DNA from: Ramazzottius varieornatus | Taxonomy: Eukaryota; Animalia; Tardigrada | Length of the DNA stretch: 64,000 bases | NCBI GenBank assembly: GCA_001949185.1 | Contig: BDGG01000001.1 | Location: forward strand, 5,989,591 to 6,053,590 | Reading direction: 5' to 3' | In this document: one piece after another, positions 25,336 through 37,770 of the stretch | How the letters are laid out: the number at the start of each line of letters is the position of its first letter | How positions within the stretch are numbered: the stretch's first letter is position 1 | The notes under the pieces: generated by a model | Seen by the model: the letters and a program-made list of their open reading frames with translations, nothing else | Told to the model about the DNA's origin: nothing | Databases searched by the model: none | Position numbers and translations under genes: made by a program

Positions 25336-26257
25336 TCACTTCCACCAGGAAGCTTCCGTCCCGACGACGTTCCAGTGCAGGCTCTTCGCTACAGCCTTCC
25401 CATTTCTTTTGCCGAGTTCCCAGCCAGAGTATTCTTCCTCCCCAGCAATCCCTTCGTCCTCGTGAAGAACAGACTCGACAACGTTCAGGAACGTGTCATT
25501 CTCGGCCAACGTAGATTTTTCTACAAATAAGGATATTGAGAGAGCGAAAATTTTGTTGGTTTGATTTACGATCAGTGGAAGAATGCATACTTTCTACGTT
25601 ACTGGTTTCGACGAAGCCTTCCTTCATCCAGGAAGTCATCCAATCTGACGACGCGCCCTCAGGAACCCACTCTGACCCGTAAACTGGACTGATAGAACCA
25701 GTGGATCCGGTTGACAGCTGACTGATTGCGGAAGGTGAAACTGAAGGGGAGACCGAAGATAAGGACATGTCCACGTTCCAGCTGGCAAGGTTCTTTGCAA
25801 TGGTAGCCTCATCCAGTTTCCCGCCATTCTTCCAGGTACGTTGCGCGTTCTCCGCCGGATGAATGAAAGGACAACTTTCACCTGAAGGACAGAAGCCATA
25901 GTTGACCATACGATGACAGGTTTTAGTCTTGAGGGCCTTGGTAGGGTTGGTGAAGGCCATGGAGGAGGCCGGTGCGGTACTCTGGTGGGTCAGCATGTCG
26001 CAGGGGTGGATGAAGATGCAGCGTTCGCCGTACTTGCAGTAGCCGTCCTTGTAGAGTCGGTGACAAGGCTTAGTCTTGTAGGTCGGCACTTGGGCGATGC
26101 GCAGTTCGTGTTCGCCATGGGCGTAGCCACAGTGCCAGCCAGAAGGACATCCATAGGGAGATGTCAGGAAGTCCCGGCACAGCTGGGTCTTGTAGTAGCA
26201 TTTGGGACTCAGGAGCGACTTGGAGGAGTCTCCATTGATGGAAGAGTTGGCCGACAT
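25336..26257 (-). CDS. TIS11/ZFP36-like CCCH zinc-finger RNA-binding protein with three fingers
   Basis: Lead-ins YYKTQLC, YKTKPC and LKTKTC with C-x8/9-C-x5-C-x3-H fingers. A probable intron at 25590-25521 adds an exon ending at TGA 25336. Unspliced, the ORF ends at 25496. Confidence 0.85.
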
Positions 26258-27598
26258 GGTGATGAGACTAGAGCTTTATGAGGGAGAAGTATGATAGGCC
26301 GCAAGATCGAAATTTACAAAATGAAAAGTAACGAGAACTGGGTTTGATCTGGCTTGTCACTTGGACGATTGGCCAGCACGGAGAAAACTGCGGGAAAGCG
26401 ATTCAGGAATGAGGCTACGAAAAGAAAACAGGCCTTTTGTTCACAGTGAAGGACAATGGCGATTCAAGTCCGGCTTGCCGATGGATGAATAGATCGTACG
26501 TGCGCTTTACCCGGTAACATCCGCAATACGTCACGACGTATTGCGGATCAAAACAGGTGTGAAGTAGAGTATTTACTGATTGTTGTATCGTGGTTGTTTT
26601 GTGAACCCCTAGCTCTTCTGTTCGAAATCGCATCTCACCCTGTCATCTGCGGATGGTCGTCAGTCAACCAAACTGCAGTTGTTGATACAACATAAAACAC
26701 ACCGTTCAAAAAATTTTGCTACAACTTGGAACTTCAATCTAGAGTGGTTCTTTACCCCTTTTCTCTTTTGCATTTTCCACTCAAACTTTAAAGCGCTTTC
26801 CGTTAAAATAACGGCGGATCACATACGTTGTAAGATGGTTTAGGAAAAGTGATTGGGGTGACTTCCAGTGGGGAAGACTTTTCGTCACTAACGAAACATA
26901 AAATTTAAAATTCCACTTGTGAGTATCGACCTTTAATTTCACTTCAGAAAACGGGAAGATACCCAGGTTAACATTAAAAGCCGAAAACGCTCGTAAAAAT
27001 GCTCGAAACGTTTGCCACTCAATTAAAACCGTCAAATATTGGCGACTTTGCTGGGAACCCTCCTCTGCCGCTAAAATTCTTTGCTGTACCCTGAACGACA
27101 GGAGTTGTATTTTTCTCCCTTCAAGCGCAATGTTTCATGTCGATTTGAACTCCATGATAACCGATTTTCGACCAGTAATTTTCATTCAGATAGCAGAAAG
27201 ATTGCTAAACTAAGGAAAATAAGTTTCCAAGCTGAGCGATGATCCAGATTAATGGGTGGCAGCAAGTTTCCTCGAATGGGCTGCAGGTAAGAGTAGGTGA
27301 GAACTGCTTTCAGCACCGGCTGCACCTGGTCAGTGTTGTTGGTGATGGAACAACGCCGTTACACTTTTCTGTCGTGTGTATCTGGTTACACAAAATTAGA
27401 GATCTTGCGTTTTGCAAAGACGGTTTGAAAAAACGACAGTTTGACCAATTACCCACGCTGACTTGCATTTTACTATTATAGTGACAAGCCAGATCAAATT
27501 ATCGTGTTGGTCTATTATGTATATCGAGGCCACAACTGCAAGTCAAATTTGGTCAAGAGAACGCAAGCATTTTCTTCATTGTATACTTGCATCAACAG

Positions 27599-29639
27599 TA
27601 TGCCTGTTCTTCGAAACATCAGGACCTCTGCGGCAGTTTATGGTGAGTTCGGTGACAACGAAACGTTACTCGATAGAGCGCGAAGTGGAAAGAATGAACA
27701 CAACCTGAGGCCATACAGGAAGCAGCTGACCAGATGAATATGACCGGCGGCGGTTACGTAAGTGGAATCCAGGATAAACTGCCCGCTCTCTCCGTATAAG
27801 TTAGCCTGTTGATCGAAGCATGGTCTGAGTTTCGCACAATAAATACTCTGTTTGCAGTGTATTTTGCGACGTAGTTTTACCTACTCGAAGGCTTCGAGGG
27901 TTGGAAAGTTCAAAAGGAGAACCGACTGGTGCGGACTATCGTTGCACGCTCATATCAATTCTTCCTCCATTTTTGTGCGAGTGCTTATTCTCAGGAGACC
28001 CCATTTAATAAGCTTGATTTTCCCGTTCCAGATCGCTATGAGACGTTACGAAGCCTTGTTTCTAATTGAAGCTGACTACCGCGGCATTCAAAGTTCAGAT
28101 GCTCGGAACTTCGACCTTATCTGGAAGGAAAGGTCAGCGCGCGACTATGGCAAACCGTATCTGCCAAACCAGCTGGTAAGCGAATGTCCGACCAGGTAGT
28201 AGCTTCCGCCGACTGCGTTCTCGCATGTCCGTATTGCATCTCTCCTCTTCAGATGACACCCGTACCTGCTAGCTCCTACAGCGCGATCGTGATCCTCGCG
28301 CAGGTACGGAGAAGCAGTCCACCGTGTTTCAGCTGGCGAAGTTTGAGCCATTTTGGAGTGTTTGGTAGGTTCTGGACGAGTGCGCAAAGCAGACAATACA
28401 TCGACCTCACTGACGGCGCAGCACTCGCGCGTCATTTTCATAATAGGAGCTTTGCTGTACCAACTGGAAACGTCTACCTAGACTCCACGGGTACGCGATC
28501 TATTACCCGTCAACTTGAAGAAGCTGACCAATTTTATCCAAGGTTTCCAGGTACTAATATACACTGGCTCCCATAAGTATTCGGGGCATCCCCTACCTTC
28601 GTTGGCAAATTCATAACTTCCTTCAGAATGACTCGATTCACAGCCACGTGACTTTCACTTGACTTGATCAACAAATCAACTGGCCGCACTTGGCATTGCA
28701 AATGTATAAAGCGATGTTTTTTGACTCCCTTCTGTAGAAGCTAGGTAGCACGAAGTACGACATGCTTGTTTTGGTGTCATAGAGTCGCCAGTGGGCTTCC
28801 GAATGGGCTCATGTGAGATTTCTTCGGAGCTCTGCAAAAAAGGTTTTCTAAACGTGCCAACTAGGAAGTATTCTCGGTTATTTCCAGTGGTGTATATTCC
28901 GGACGCTTTGTCTTTGATATTTTTGCTGCCCGAATTCCATTCGAATGGAGGTAACTTTAATAAAGTTAACCAAGATTCGTTGTCCAGGTCTTTCGGTTAG
29001 CCAAAACGGAAGATGTCGATAGCATAGCAGGACGCAGCGTGTTTTACGCGGCAACAGGTGCATACAGGCACGCTGACGAAACTTTATAGACAGAGCTCCA
29101 AAATATTCTTACATGGGCTTATTCGGAAGCTCAATTTTGACCCTATGTTTCGATCACAAGCCCATTGTACTAACTGCTGGCTGACCTTCACAGGACGGAA
29201 TCGAAAACAGGGTAGTTTCCCGCGTTTCACAAGTTGAATATTGCCAGTTGCCAGTTGATTAGTTGTTCAGGTCGGATGAAAGTCACGTGGTCGCAAAGAC
29301 AAGACACTGAGCGCTCCGAAGACGGTTGAATGTGAGAATCGGATCAGTATGATGGAAGTTATGGATTTTTGAATGTAGGTGGAAGGTGCCTGAACGCGTA
29401 TGAGAGTCAGTGTATGGTACGAGTAAGAATTAAGAAATACCGACTCGTACAATGCCCAATACCGTACCGAATGCACTTTACCACACACATATTTCGTGTA
29501 TGTTGGTTTCAGACTATATTCATTCAAAACGCAGAAACCTTTGAGTGGGATGAGGTGACCGGTTTCAGCTGGCCTATTGAATGGCCCGTTCGGGACCAAC
29601 CGCAATGTGGAACGGACAGCGCGACATGCACCAAAAATG
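27599..29639 (+). pseudogene. Decayed ANF-receptor-type (receptor guanylyl cyclase-like) ectodomain gene, copy 1
   Basis: Exon remnants CLFFETSGPLRQFM, EAADQMNMTGGGY, VYFAT*FY (in-frame TAG and a shifted acceptor), IAMRRYEALFLIEAD…, DGAALARHFHNRSFAVPTGNVYLDSTGTR and TIFIQNAETFEW…WPVRDQPQCG are colinear with the gene at 41-44 kb. Confidence 0.7.
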
Positions 29640-30722
29640 GTGCTGACATCAGAGACATAGCATATCATATAGAGCATAGAGACTGCATTCCTTCCGGTGG
29701 TCCAGACACGTCAGTTACCACAGACCGATGTCATAAGATCGATCAGGGCTGCATCCTCTTCACTGTACAATAATATTTCACATTCCACGTCAATTTAAAC
29801 GTTCTGTTCTGCAGTGGGGAGCAGAGAAATACTAGTGGGCTGGTTACTGGCTTCTGTGTTGATGTTAATTCTATTGACATCGTTGATGAAACTCAGGCAA
29901 GTTATACAGTACCAGCGCACTCTGAAGGAACGAAGCGTGGTGTAGAAGAGATCCGGCATCTGACGCGAATTTCTCAATATGTATGCATAGATACGACTAC
30001 CGTGCTGCCACTCGGCAAACTTTATGGTGGAAATTAGAACGTGGCTTTTTCAACTTCAACCCGAAATCCTGGCGAAGCCAAAAGGCATGGTGAACTGTCT
30101 GCATCAACACTCAGAAGGCTTGACCGCTATCTGACATCATACCTACCACCTTACGTCAAACCCATTCACAAACGACTGTATCCCCGCTCATACGCGAAAG
30201 TTTCTGTTTCAAAAAAAAGAGTAATTCCAAGCGGTATGCGAAGGCCGGGCGGACATCTCTTACCAATTGGTTTGCCGCTCTTTTGTTTGAAGTGTGATGA
30301 GTACTATCTACTGCGAGGTATGCACTTTGTCATCTTGTTACTGAAATCAGTCGGTTTATGATCATAGACACCGCCAGTCTCTCTTATGTCACAATGGAAT
30401 ATGATAATAATGTGAGGTATCAAGCGTTGAATTAGTCAATTGTATTCGCACCTACCAAAGTGCTACAGTTATCAACACAAGGCAGACTACCTGCAGTATG
30501 CGCCAGCGTATTGGACACGCGCAGTCGGCCGTTGATTTTTATCTCAGATTGATGAACCAACTGACCCACCCACGATTGTTCAAAGAAGCTCTGTTGATGC
30601 TGGAGTGAAACGAGAAAGCAATTTCCGACCATCTGGTACTGTTCATGGACTACATAAAGCGCCTAGCGATCTCTGTTCCTCCACATTAGCGTTTTAACTG
30701 TCGTATTCTTGAATCTGTAAGT

Positions 30723-31556
30723 ATGGAGGTAACGTTCCTTGTGTTTCTGACCGTGGTTGGCATGGTTTATTCTGATCCGGATTGTACGCTGAGTTCGCTA
30801 AATGTCTGCACGAGGCCGATTATGCAGTACTCCATGTCGGACGAAGGGAGAGCTCTGTTGGCCGTTCTTGGTCCAAGTCGAGCAGATGCCTCCACGTTAT
30901 CGGACAACCAGATAGTCCAGGCTTGTGTGTAAGTACAGATTCGAGGTACCATAGTTTAGAAGTGCGTATTGCCAAATGTCTTCTGCGTTACAGAGCAAAC
31001 ACAAACGCTGGGTTGTGTTTAGCCGATCTGTACAGACGATGCTCAACAGGGACGGATAGGGAGGTGTCCGCAGTGATGGATCAGATTGCGCAAATGGGGA
31101 AGAAGTGTTATAATCCGGATGTGGGAGCTAAAGGGAGGAAGCTACTGACTTGCGGCTCAAAGCTAATGTCCGCTAGTTCTACGCTCGCTAGCTGCAGTAT
31201 CGAGATGGACATGTTCGGGTTAACTATGACCACGCTTCAACCAAGCACTGGGGTCGTAGCGAAGAACCAAGTTGACCAACAACTGAAAAACATTCTGCGA
31301 AACTTTTGCAAGTACGGAAAATATTCCATTTCCGTAAATCGAGTAATCTGTACATCCATTGTCAGTATTGAGCGGACAAACATCTGTTTGTTTTAGGAAA
31401 GAGGAGAGCAACCACAAGTGTTCAATCGTTGAGATTCGTCGGGTTTGCAATGAGGATGAGGTGAGCATTTACGAAGATCTTCGCGCAGCCATGAGTGATT
31501 CGATGAACTGCCAGCAGTTGACCAAATCCGGGGGCAACACGAATCACAGCGCCTGA
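30723..31556 (+). CDS. Secreted Cys-rich, predicted helical protein (DUF19-like pattern)
   Basis: Exons 30723-30928, 30994-31311 and 31397-31556. Signal peptide MEVTFLVFLTVVGMVYS and about 12 regularly spaced Cys residues. Confidence 0.8.
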
Positions 31557-32068
31557 TTGAGTTTGTTCTTGGTTTTCCTGGTGCGTTATTCTTGCTCAAT
31601 TTGAGCTTTGGATCCCGTTTTGACGGACATCAGTATCGCCAGTTTGCCAATACTGCGTGGTTGCGAGCTATGCTTTCCTTAAGACTGTGCTTATTCGTTG
31701 TACTTCAGCTTTCAAGCGATACCATGGGGGCGCCGAAAGTTATTGGTCCGCTTCCTACAAACTGCATTGAAGTTCAGGTGGTGGGACCCGCTACACCTTA
31801 GTCTGGCAGACCACCCTGCACACTCCTTGCAGAAACAGAATCGTTGTCGGTACGAATTTGTCTTTGCGGAGAAATATCTTGATCGAGCGATTGGCAGATG
31901 ACGTCTTCCTACGCGTCGAACGTGCCAGGAGGTTTTAGCTAGGTCTGTTGGCCAACAAGATTTTCCTGGTTTGTCGAGTGTCACAGTACAGAACCAGCTA
32001 TGACATCTTTCCAGCAGATTCGAACACCCTGTCATAGGTAAACAGTAAGCGGTGCAATCCCGAAGGGA

Positions 32069-32270
32069 TAGTGCAATATGGGCGACCGCAACGGCAAAAA
32101 TGAGGTTAGTAGTCTTCGTGCCTGTTCAGAGCCTGCTTGTTTTAAGACTGGGGAATTTTATTAATGTAATAGCATCGATAAAATTTGCCAGTCTGTAAAA
32201 AGCAGGCTCTGAGCAGACACGAAGACTACCAACCTTAATTTTTGCCGTTGGGGCTGTCCATAGTACAGTG
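32069..32270. mobile_element. Foldback MITE, almost entirely palindromic
   Basis: Arms of about 90 bp: caacggcaaaaatgaggttagtagtcttcgtgcctgttcagagcctgct… / …agcaggctctgagcagacacgaagactaccaaccttaatttttgccgttg. Confidence 0.8.
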
Positions 32271-34517
32271 TGAGTCTGTGACCCGGTGTGCGGTCGACAG
32301 TTTTGCCGAATTTACCTACGTCATTAGTGAGGTTAACTCTGTAAATGAATCACAAATCTCACCAAAATCGTATCCACATCATAGCGACATTAAGCGACGA
32401 ACACTCGTAAACGTAAAGCACTCAGGCGTGCTCGTGTAGTAATATATCGAAGTCGCCGCCAGTTATAAACACAAACATGCAACGCCAAAAACCTGCATAC
32501 AGGCATATTGGATTGCCTCTTTGGGGAATCTTTTTTTTCGTCACAAGCGGACGGTACAAACTGACCCACCCAAACGGAAAAGAGTTCACTGAATAGTACA
32601 TAAACCCAGGTACTTCCACGTACTTTCCGTCACTTGTAGCTACAGTATCCTGTCTGCGACAAACAGGCTACTCCTCTGGCTCGATTCCATTACAGCTGTT
32701 CGTTTTTCTACTAATCTCACACTTCGACTACCAATCCTGTATTTACGCCGTTGTCCCTTTCCAAACTGCCAGTATGGAAGTGGCGTTCTCCCTAATACTG
32801 ACTATGAGCGGTGCTGTCGCTTGCGATTTCAATTGTTCGGTAATATGGCTGGTTGTCTGCTGGACTCCCAATCTACGGTTATGATCGATATCACAAGATT
32901 CGGGCCATGCGTAACAAGTAATCAGCTTTGAGCTGTTCGGTGCTCGTTCGGTGCTAGTTCGAAATTTTTCGCGACTTGAATATTGTTGGGAGCAGGACCA
33001 TGGTGATTGATACCGCGTTTGGCCCGAATGGTTTCGCAAATCCCAATTAAACTGTCCCTCACCCAGGTGAACTGGCGGACCGTTTTACACTTTGAGGTGT
33101 GCGATAAAGAAACGGGTAGTTGGAGCTCTGCTGTCGTGACGGTCGTGTTACTCGTGTCCGTTGACCACCGTAACGGACTGCGTGCTGTAGCGATTGTGAA
33201 TACAAATTTCGATTGCCCGGATCAACTCGCACGTCGTTTTTTCATCACTGTATTTGCGACATCTGAAGCTTCATCGTTTTCCTCGTCCATTGAATTCGTG
33301 ACACACTTGAAAGGTTCCTCACATCGCTCGGCCTGACCAAAGGGAGTAGGTTTGGCTTTCGTATCTGCGGAGATCTGAGAGCGACTCCGTTCGATCGTCA
33401 CAAACGAAACGAAGGGGGAGGGGCGCTTCGTGAGTACGAGGCTTTGGCTAAGGTACACGGTGAATAAGTTTCGTGAAGCTCAAAGCACCGTCCGTTTGGT
33501 CTCTTTGTGGAAGTTCTTATTTTGCTAATCTTTCCTCGATACGACACTTAACGCTCTTGGCCAGTTGACCTCTGGACTTACACTACGCTACGATGATGAG
33601 TAACCGGTTACGCCACTTCGCTCAGAACGTCGAAGTGTCTGACAGAAGGTATGCTCCCGAATATCGGACTCCAGTTTCAAATGGTTTCCCTTCTGAAATT
33701 TCTCCCGTCACGATCTCCCCGACGATTTCCGGTTCTGTCTGGCTTAGAATGGAGAAAGGTGTGAGGGGATGTTCGTGAATTAATTTGGGAATTCGGGACC
33801 TGGCGGGAGCTGAGAACATTGTCAGTTAGTACAGTACTCCCCAGCGGCGTGTTATAAATTTAGGACTTCCTCCTCGTACCCGGATTCTTGCAAGTACGGA
33901 TCTATGGGTGAGACCTTGTCAACTCGAAAGCTATGTGGAAGAACTTGCTTTCCGCCATTATGGCAATACGTGCACTGTAAGGATTATTTGTCCTAAGTCG
34001 TAGAGGCACCTACATATTCACGAAGCAGTAAATAGCCTGGATGACCCACGCAGTGGTACGAGTGCTCGCCATGTAAGCAGCATACGAGGATTCGATTTCC
34101 CATCCACCAAAGTTTTAATTTGCTTCGCGATGAGAAACTCGTGGAAAGAAGCTTTTAATCGGCCATAAAAACAAACAAGCATTTTCAAGCGTTGCACAAC
34201 AGCTGTGGACCGGTTTCATTTCAAGTAGCTTTGCTAACAATAAGACAGAAAGCGACGGGAGTGTCACCATAAGCAATGATGGGAAGAACAGCACTCGTGT
34301 TGAGGCTCCCCATCAGCGAAGATATCTGGTTCAGGTGTCTCCCTTTACAGCAGCACTGCGACCTTATCATCGGGGCTCATGGTCACTTATGCTGCTTACA
34401 GTGCAATCCCTTCGGTCTTAGCTTTGTGCAATATTGTGAGAGGGATTTTCAGTGTTTTTCTTTCGGTAGACGTCTGTTCTATTGCGCCACTCACTGATGT
34501 AGATGCTTACGTATGTA

Positions 34518-34835
34518 CGAGGTAAAGGTTGTAAACTTAGCCACCCCACACCGGGTTTGTAAAGTTAGCCACGGCTGTGGTGTATATCGCTTGATTGAAT
34601 ATTTGATTGTCAGTCTTGGCTATTTAACATGAGATTTCAACTTTCTTTTAATTACGGATCTGTTGGATTCTCTGACTCCTCGTGTTGACTGTGCCTAATA
34701 CCATTCGACAGCTCATTATCTTATCTATCGATCTATCCTTAAAAGTTTGGGATCGAGTAGTAAAGAACAGGCGAACTTAGACGGCTAACTTAACAAGCCC
34801 GGTATGGCGCGGCTAACTTTACAGCCTTTCCCTCG
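34518..34835. mobile_element. Mariner-type MITE (TA-CGAGG…CCTCG-TA)
   Basis: Imperfect TIRs of about 55 bp with repeated gtaaagttagcc, and TA flanks. Confidence 0.8.
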
Positions 34836-34859
34836 TACAGGGTAGAAAAAGTTATTGGT

Positions 34860-36690
34860 TCACATGTAATTCCGGTTCGAGCCATGTCCCACATGTTCAT
34901 TCTCATTTTTGAGGAAGTACGCAAAGACGAACGTCCACATCAGCATGCGTCGGCACTTGAGCAAAGTCTCCCAAGCTTGACGTGGCGTCTCAGCTTCGAA
35001 GCGGTTCATCTCCAGAGCTTTCATCTTTTCCACCTTCATGTGCATCTGTGGCTTTAAGGCTTGTTCTAGACGGAGACTTTCTTGGTAGGCCTTGAAGCGG
35101 TCCTGGTGGAACATGTACCGCTCGACCAGAGCCTTCGACTCGTGACTGGCGTCCTTGTTGGCCTCGGAGACGCTGTACGTACTACAGCGGACCAAGTCGT
35201 GCGGTCGCCAAGTGCCCAGGCGAATCCAGCAGAATTCGTAGCCACAACCTGGTCTACGACAAGTCATATGATTACTGTAAATACTCGCTGCGTCCGCGCA
35301 GTACGTCCTCGTACAAGTGAAGTACAGCCCCAGTCCAGTTTCACGGACTGCGCAACCCCCTACGCGGGTGCATCGTTACGTACGAATCGTACTGCGCGGA
35401 TGCAGCGAATATTTACAGTACCTAAAGATGAGTTGTTGATTAGAACAATTCCCGACAACGAATGCGGAACCTCTGCCACTAAAATTAACAAGATCGATCG
35501 TCTTTCCAAGTGACGCACCTTTTTTTGGTGTCAATAACTCTGGAAACGTGCGTCACTTGAGAAAGTAATCTCGTCAGTTCGTCTGCCGAGCTTCTAGATT
35601 AACAACGATTTCGTTTTGAACAAGGAATATGTGAGAAAGCGCTCTTTAGATTCGATAAAATCTAGACGAATGAGGTATATTTGAGGAATTGTATTCAAAC
35701 AACAAAAGGAACTTGCATTCTTCTCGATAGACATAGCGCATTTCGGACGGGGTTTGCTGTGCTGAACTAGCCATGCTGAAGTCGCCACATCGTCCGCTGC
35801 CTTCTGTTTCCACGTCTTCAGCAATCGACAACATAGTGGATCATGCCATTCCTGATCACAAGCACAACAAAACGTATCATGGCATTCAGAGCAGTTCACT
35901 CCCGTCAGAGCGCCATGTGTTCGATCTCGAATGGCCAAGCTAGAGTCGGGACCAGGACACCAGCGCAGGTACTTGGCCATCTCCACGAACACCTCACTGA
36001 CTACTTTCTGGTTCTTGGCCACGATTCGAGGGTTGGATTCAACCAAGCCAATCCCGAGAATGTCCTCGATCAGGACTGGGCAGTCGGTAGCAGGACACTC
36101 GAAGCGATCTGAATCAAAGGTGGACACTTTGTCGGCCAAGTAGTCCATCCAGCAGTTCCTGCAGAAGTTATGGCCATACACAGGGCTGGCAGAGTTATCG
36201 TTCGTCAGTGACTCGAAGAAAATACCACAGGAAGCCCGTCACAACGACAGAACACATCAAGAATGACCAGACGGGCATTTCCAGCCTGTCATCGTGTCAA
36301 CTGACCCAGGGTGTCAAACAAACAGAAATCACGTGGCGCACTGACAAATGGTGTAGGCGCACGTGAAAAAAACAATCCATGACGTCATTGTTACTTACGT
36401 TGTCCATGAACCACTTGTTGCTTCTCTCCACAGAACGGATCCTCTATCTTCCGTTTGTTATCGAAGAGCACGTTGACCAGCTCTTGCTTGTTACATTTCA
36501 TGAAGCCCAGGAGAAGTCGACTACTTCTGAAAGAAGTCTAAAAGAGGAAAGAACAGTGGAAGGGAGTTCCACCGGAAATGGAATATTATAGATTCGGTCT
36601 ACCTGGAGCAGGTCGCTCATTTCTTGAACATCTTCAAACATCCGGTTGACGATGGCTTCTGGAGAGAAGATCTCGGAATCAGCTGTTCGA
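34860..36690 (-). pseudogene. Ariadne-family RBR E3 ubiquitin ligase pseudogene
   Basis: N-terminal EIFSPEAIVNRMFEDVQEM, RING1 (CGIFF…YGHNFCRNCW…ECPATDC), IBR (WCPGPDS…CSECHDTFCCACDQEWHDPLCC), RING2 (KPRPKC…NHMTC…FCWIRL) and Ariadne domain (WETLLKCRRMLMWTFVFAYFL). At least five Zn-ligand Cys are substituted, a MITE sits in RING2 and the C-terminus is truncated. Confidence 0.85.
35275..35418. mobile_element. MITE family B with TA TSD, inside Ariadne RING2
   Basis: TA-ctgtaaatactcgctgcgtccgcgcagtacg…cgtactgcgcggatgcagcgaatatttacag-TA. Confidence 0.9.
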
Positions 36691-37099
36691 TCTGTGGTCG
36701 ATCAATACTGCGCCACCCTGAAGTGACAAGGCAGGAACCGAAGAATTAGTTCGTTCTGGGCAAAGTTCTCCAGAAGTCTGGGGTCACGGCGTAGAGGCAT
36801 GGTAGAGGAAATTTAGGCAAGGGCCAGGGTAGCTCAAGGGTGGAGGCCAGGGCTCGCCCAGACCTGCACTAGCGCCCGGCCCTAGGGTGCCGCGTCTAAT
36901 ATCGTATATCGAATGGAAAACTGATTCCATTAATTTTTTTCTTAATAATAATTCCGTTTTGTTGTCTCCTGCACCTGCATGTCTAACTTTGATCCGAGTA
37001 TGTCATATTTCATCATATTCCTCCAAAGCGTTATCTAGCCAGGCCCAGCCCGACAAGCCAGGCCCAGCGTAACCCAGCCTCGGGGTCCAGTATTTCGTG

Positions 37100-37770
37100 G
37101 TTTTACTGCGGGAACACTCAACACTGTGCAGTCATTACACGAGCGAAGTCGAGGTTCGAACTTGGAGTCTGTTTATCTGGAAGCCTTCGGACCATAGGAA
37201 GGGACCGCTACGGTTAAAATTCTGGCACCTTATTTTTTTAGCAAGTTCGGGAGCCGCAGGCAGCTCCGTAATCGAACATGACTCATGCATGAAATCAGTT
37301 AATACATCGTTGTGCTTGCTGATGAAGCGTGTAAATTTACTGATTTTCCCGCCCCTCTCTGACTGCCGTGAAAAATAAGCTGCCATAAATTTGACCGTGA
37401 CGCGCATTTTCGACCTTGGAGACATTTTGCAGTACAGCTGCTCCAAGCTACTTGGAGAAGTGAGTGGAACAGAAGAGTCTGGGACTTCCTGGTTTTTCAA
37501 GGCGAATGTCATTAGAAGTTGGAGCCGGTAACGATGTGATTTGAGTTCCCGAAGGAGAAGTCTGTCCTTGGATAGTCGCTCGAATAAGTCACGAGTTTTC
37601 ATTCCGAGTCTCCCGTGTTCTTGACTGGAAGACTTTCCAGACAGCGAGTTATCGCTCCTAGGATACGTGCCGCTGGTTGTGCCCACTGCTAAGGCAACAT
37701 TGCTTTTCCTCTGGGTTCGAAAATTGAAAGTTAAAACCGTCCAATGATACAGTTTGAAGCGTCTTCTACA
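37100..37770 (-). mobile_element. Possible Mutator/MULE transposase relic (frameshifted)
   Basis: Fragments across frames (GTTSGTY…, GMKTRDLFERL…, HIVTG…, PGSPRLFCSTHFSK, VKFMAAYF) resemble the MULE DxTY / K..Y..L / IxTD / CxxH order. Recognised by eye only. Confidence 0.35.

Noticed and set aside
32700-34450. Scattered short ORFs
   Set aside because: No recognisable homology or consistent splice model.
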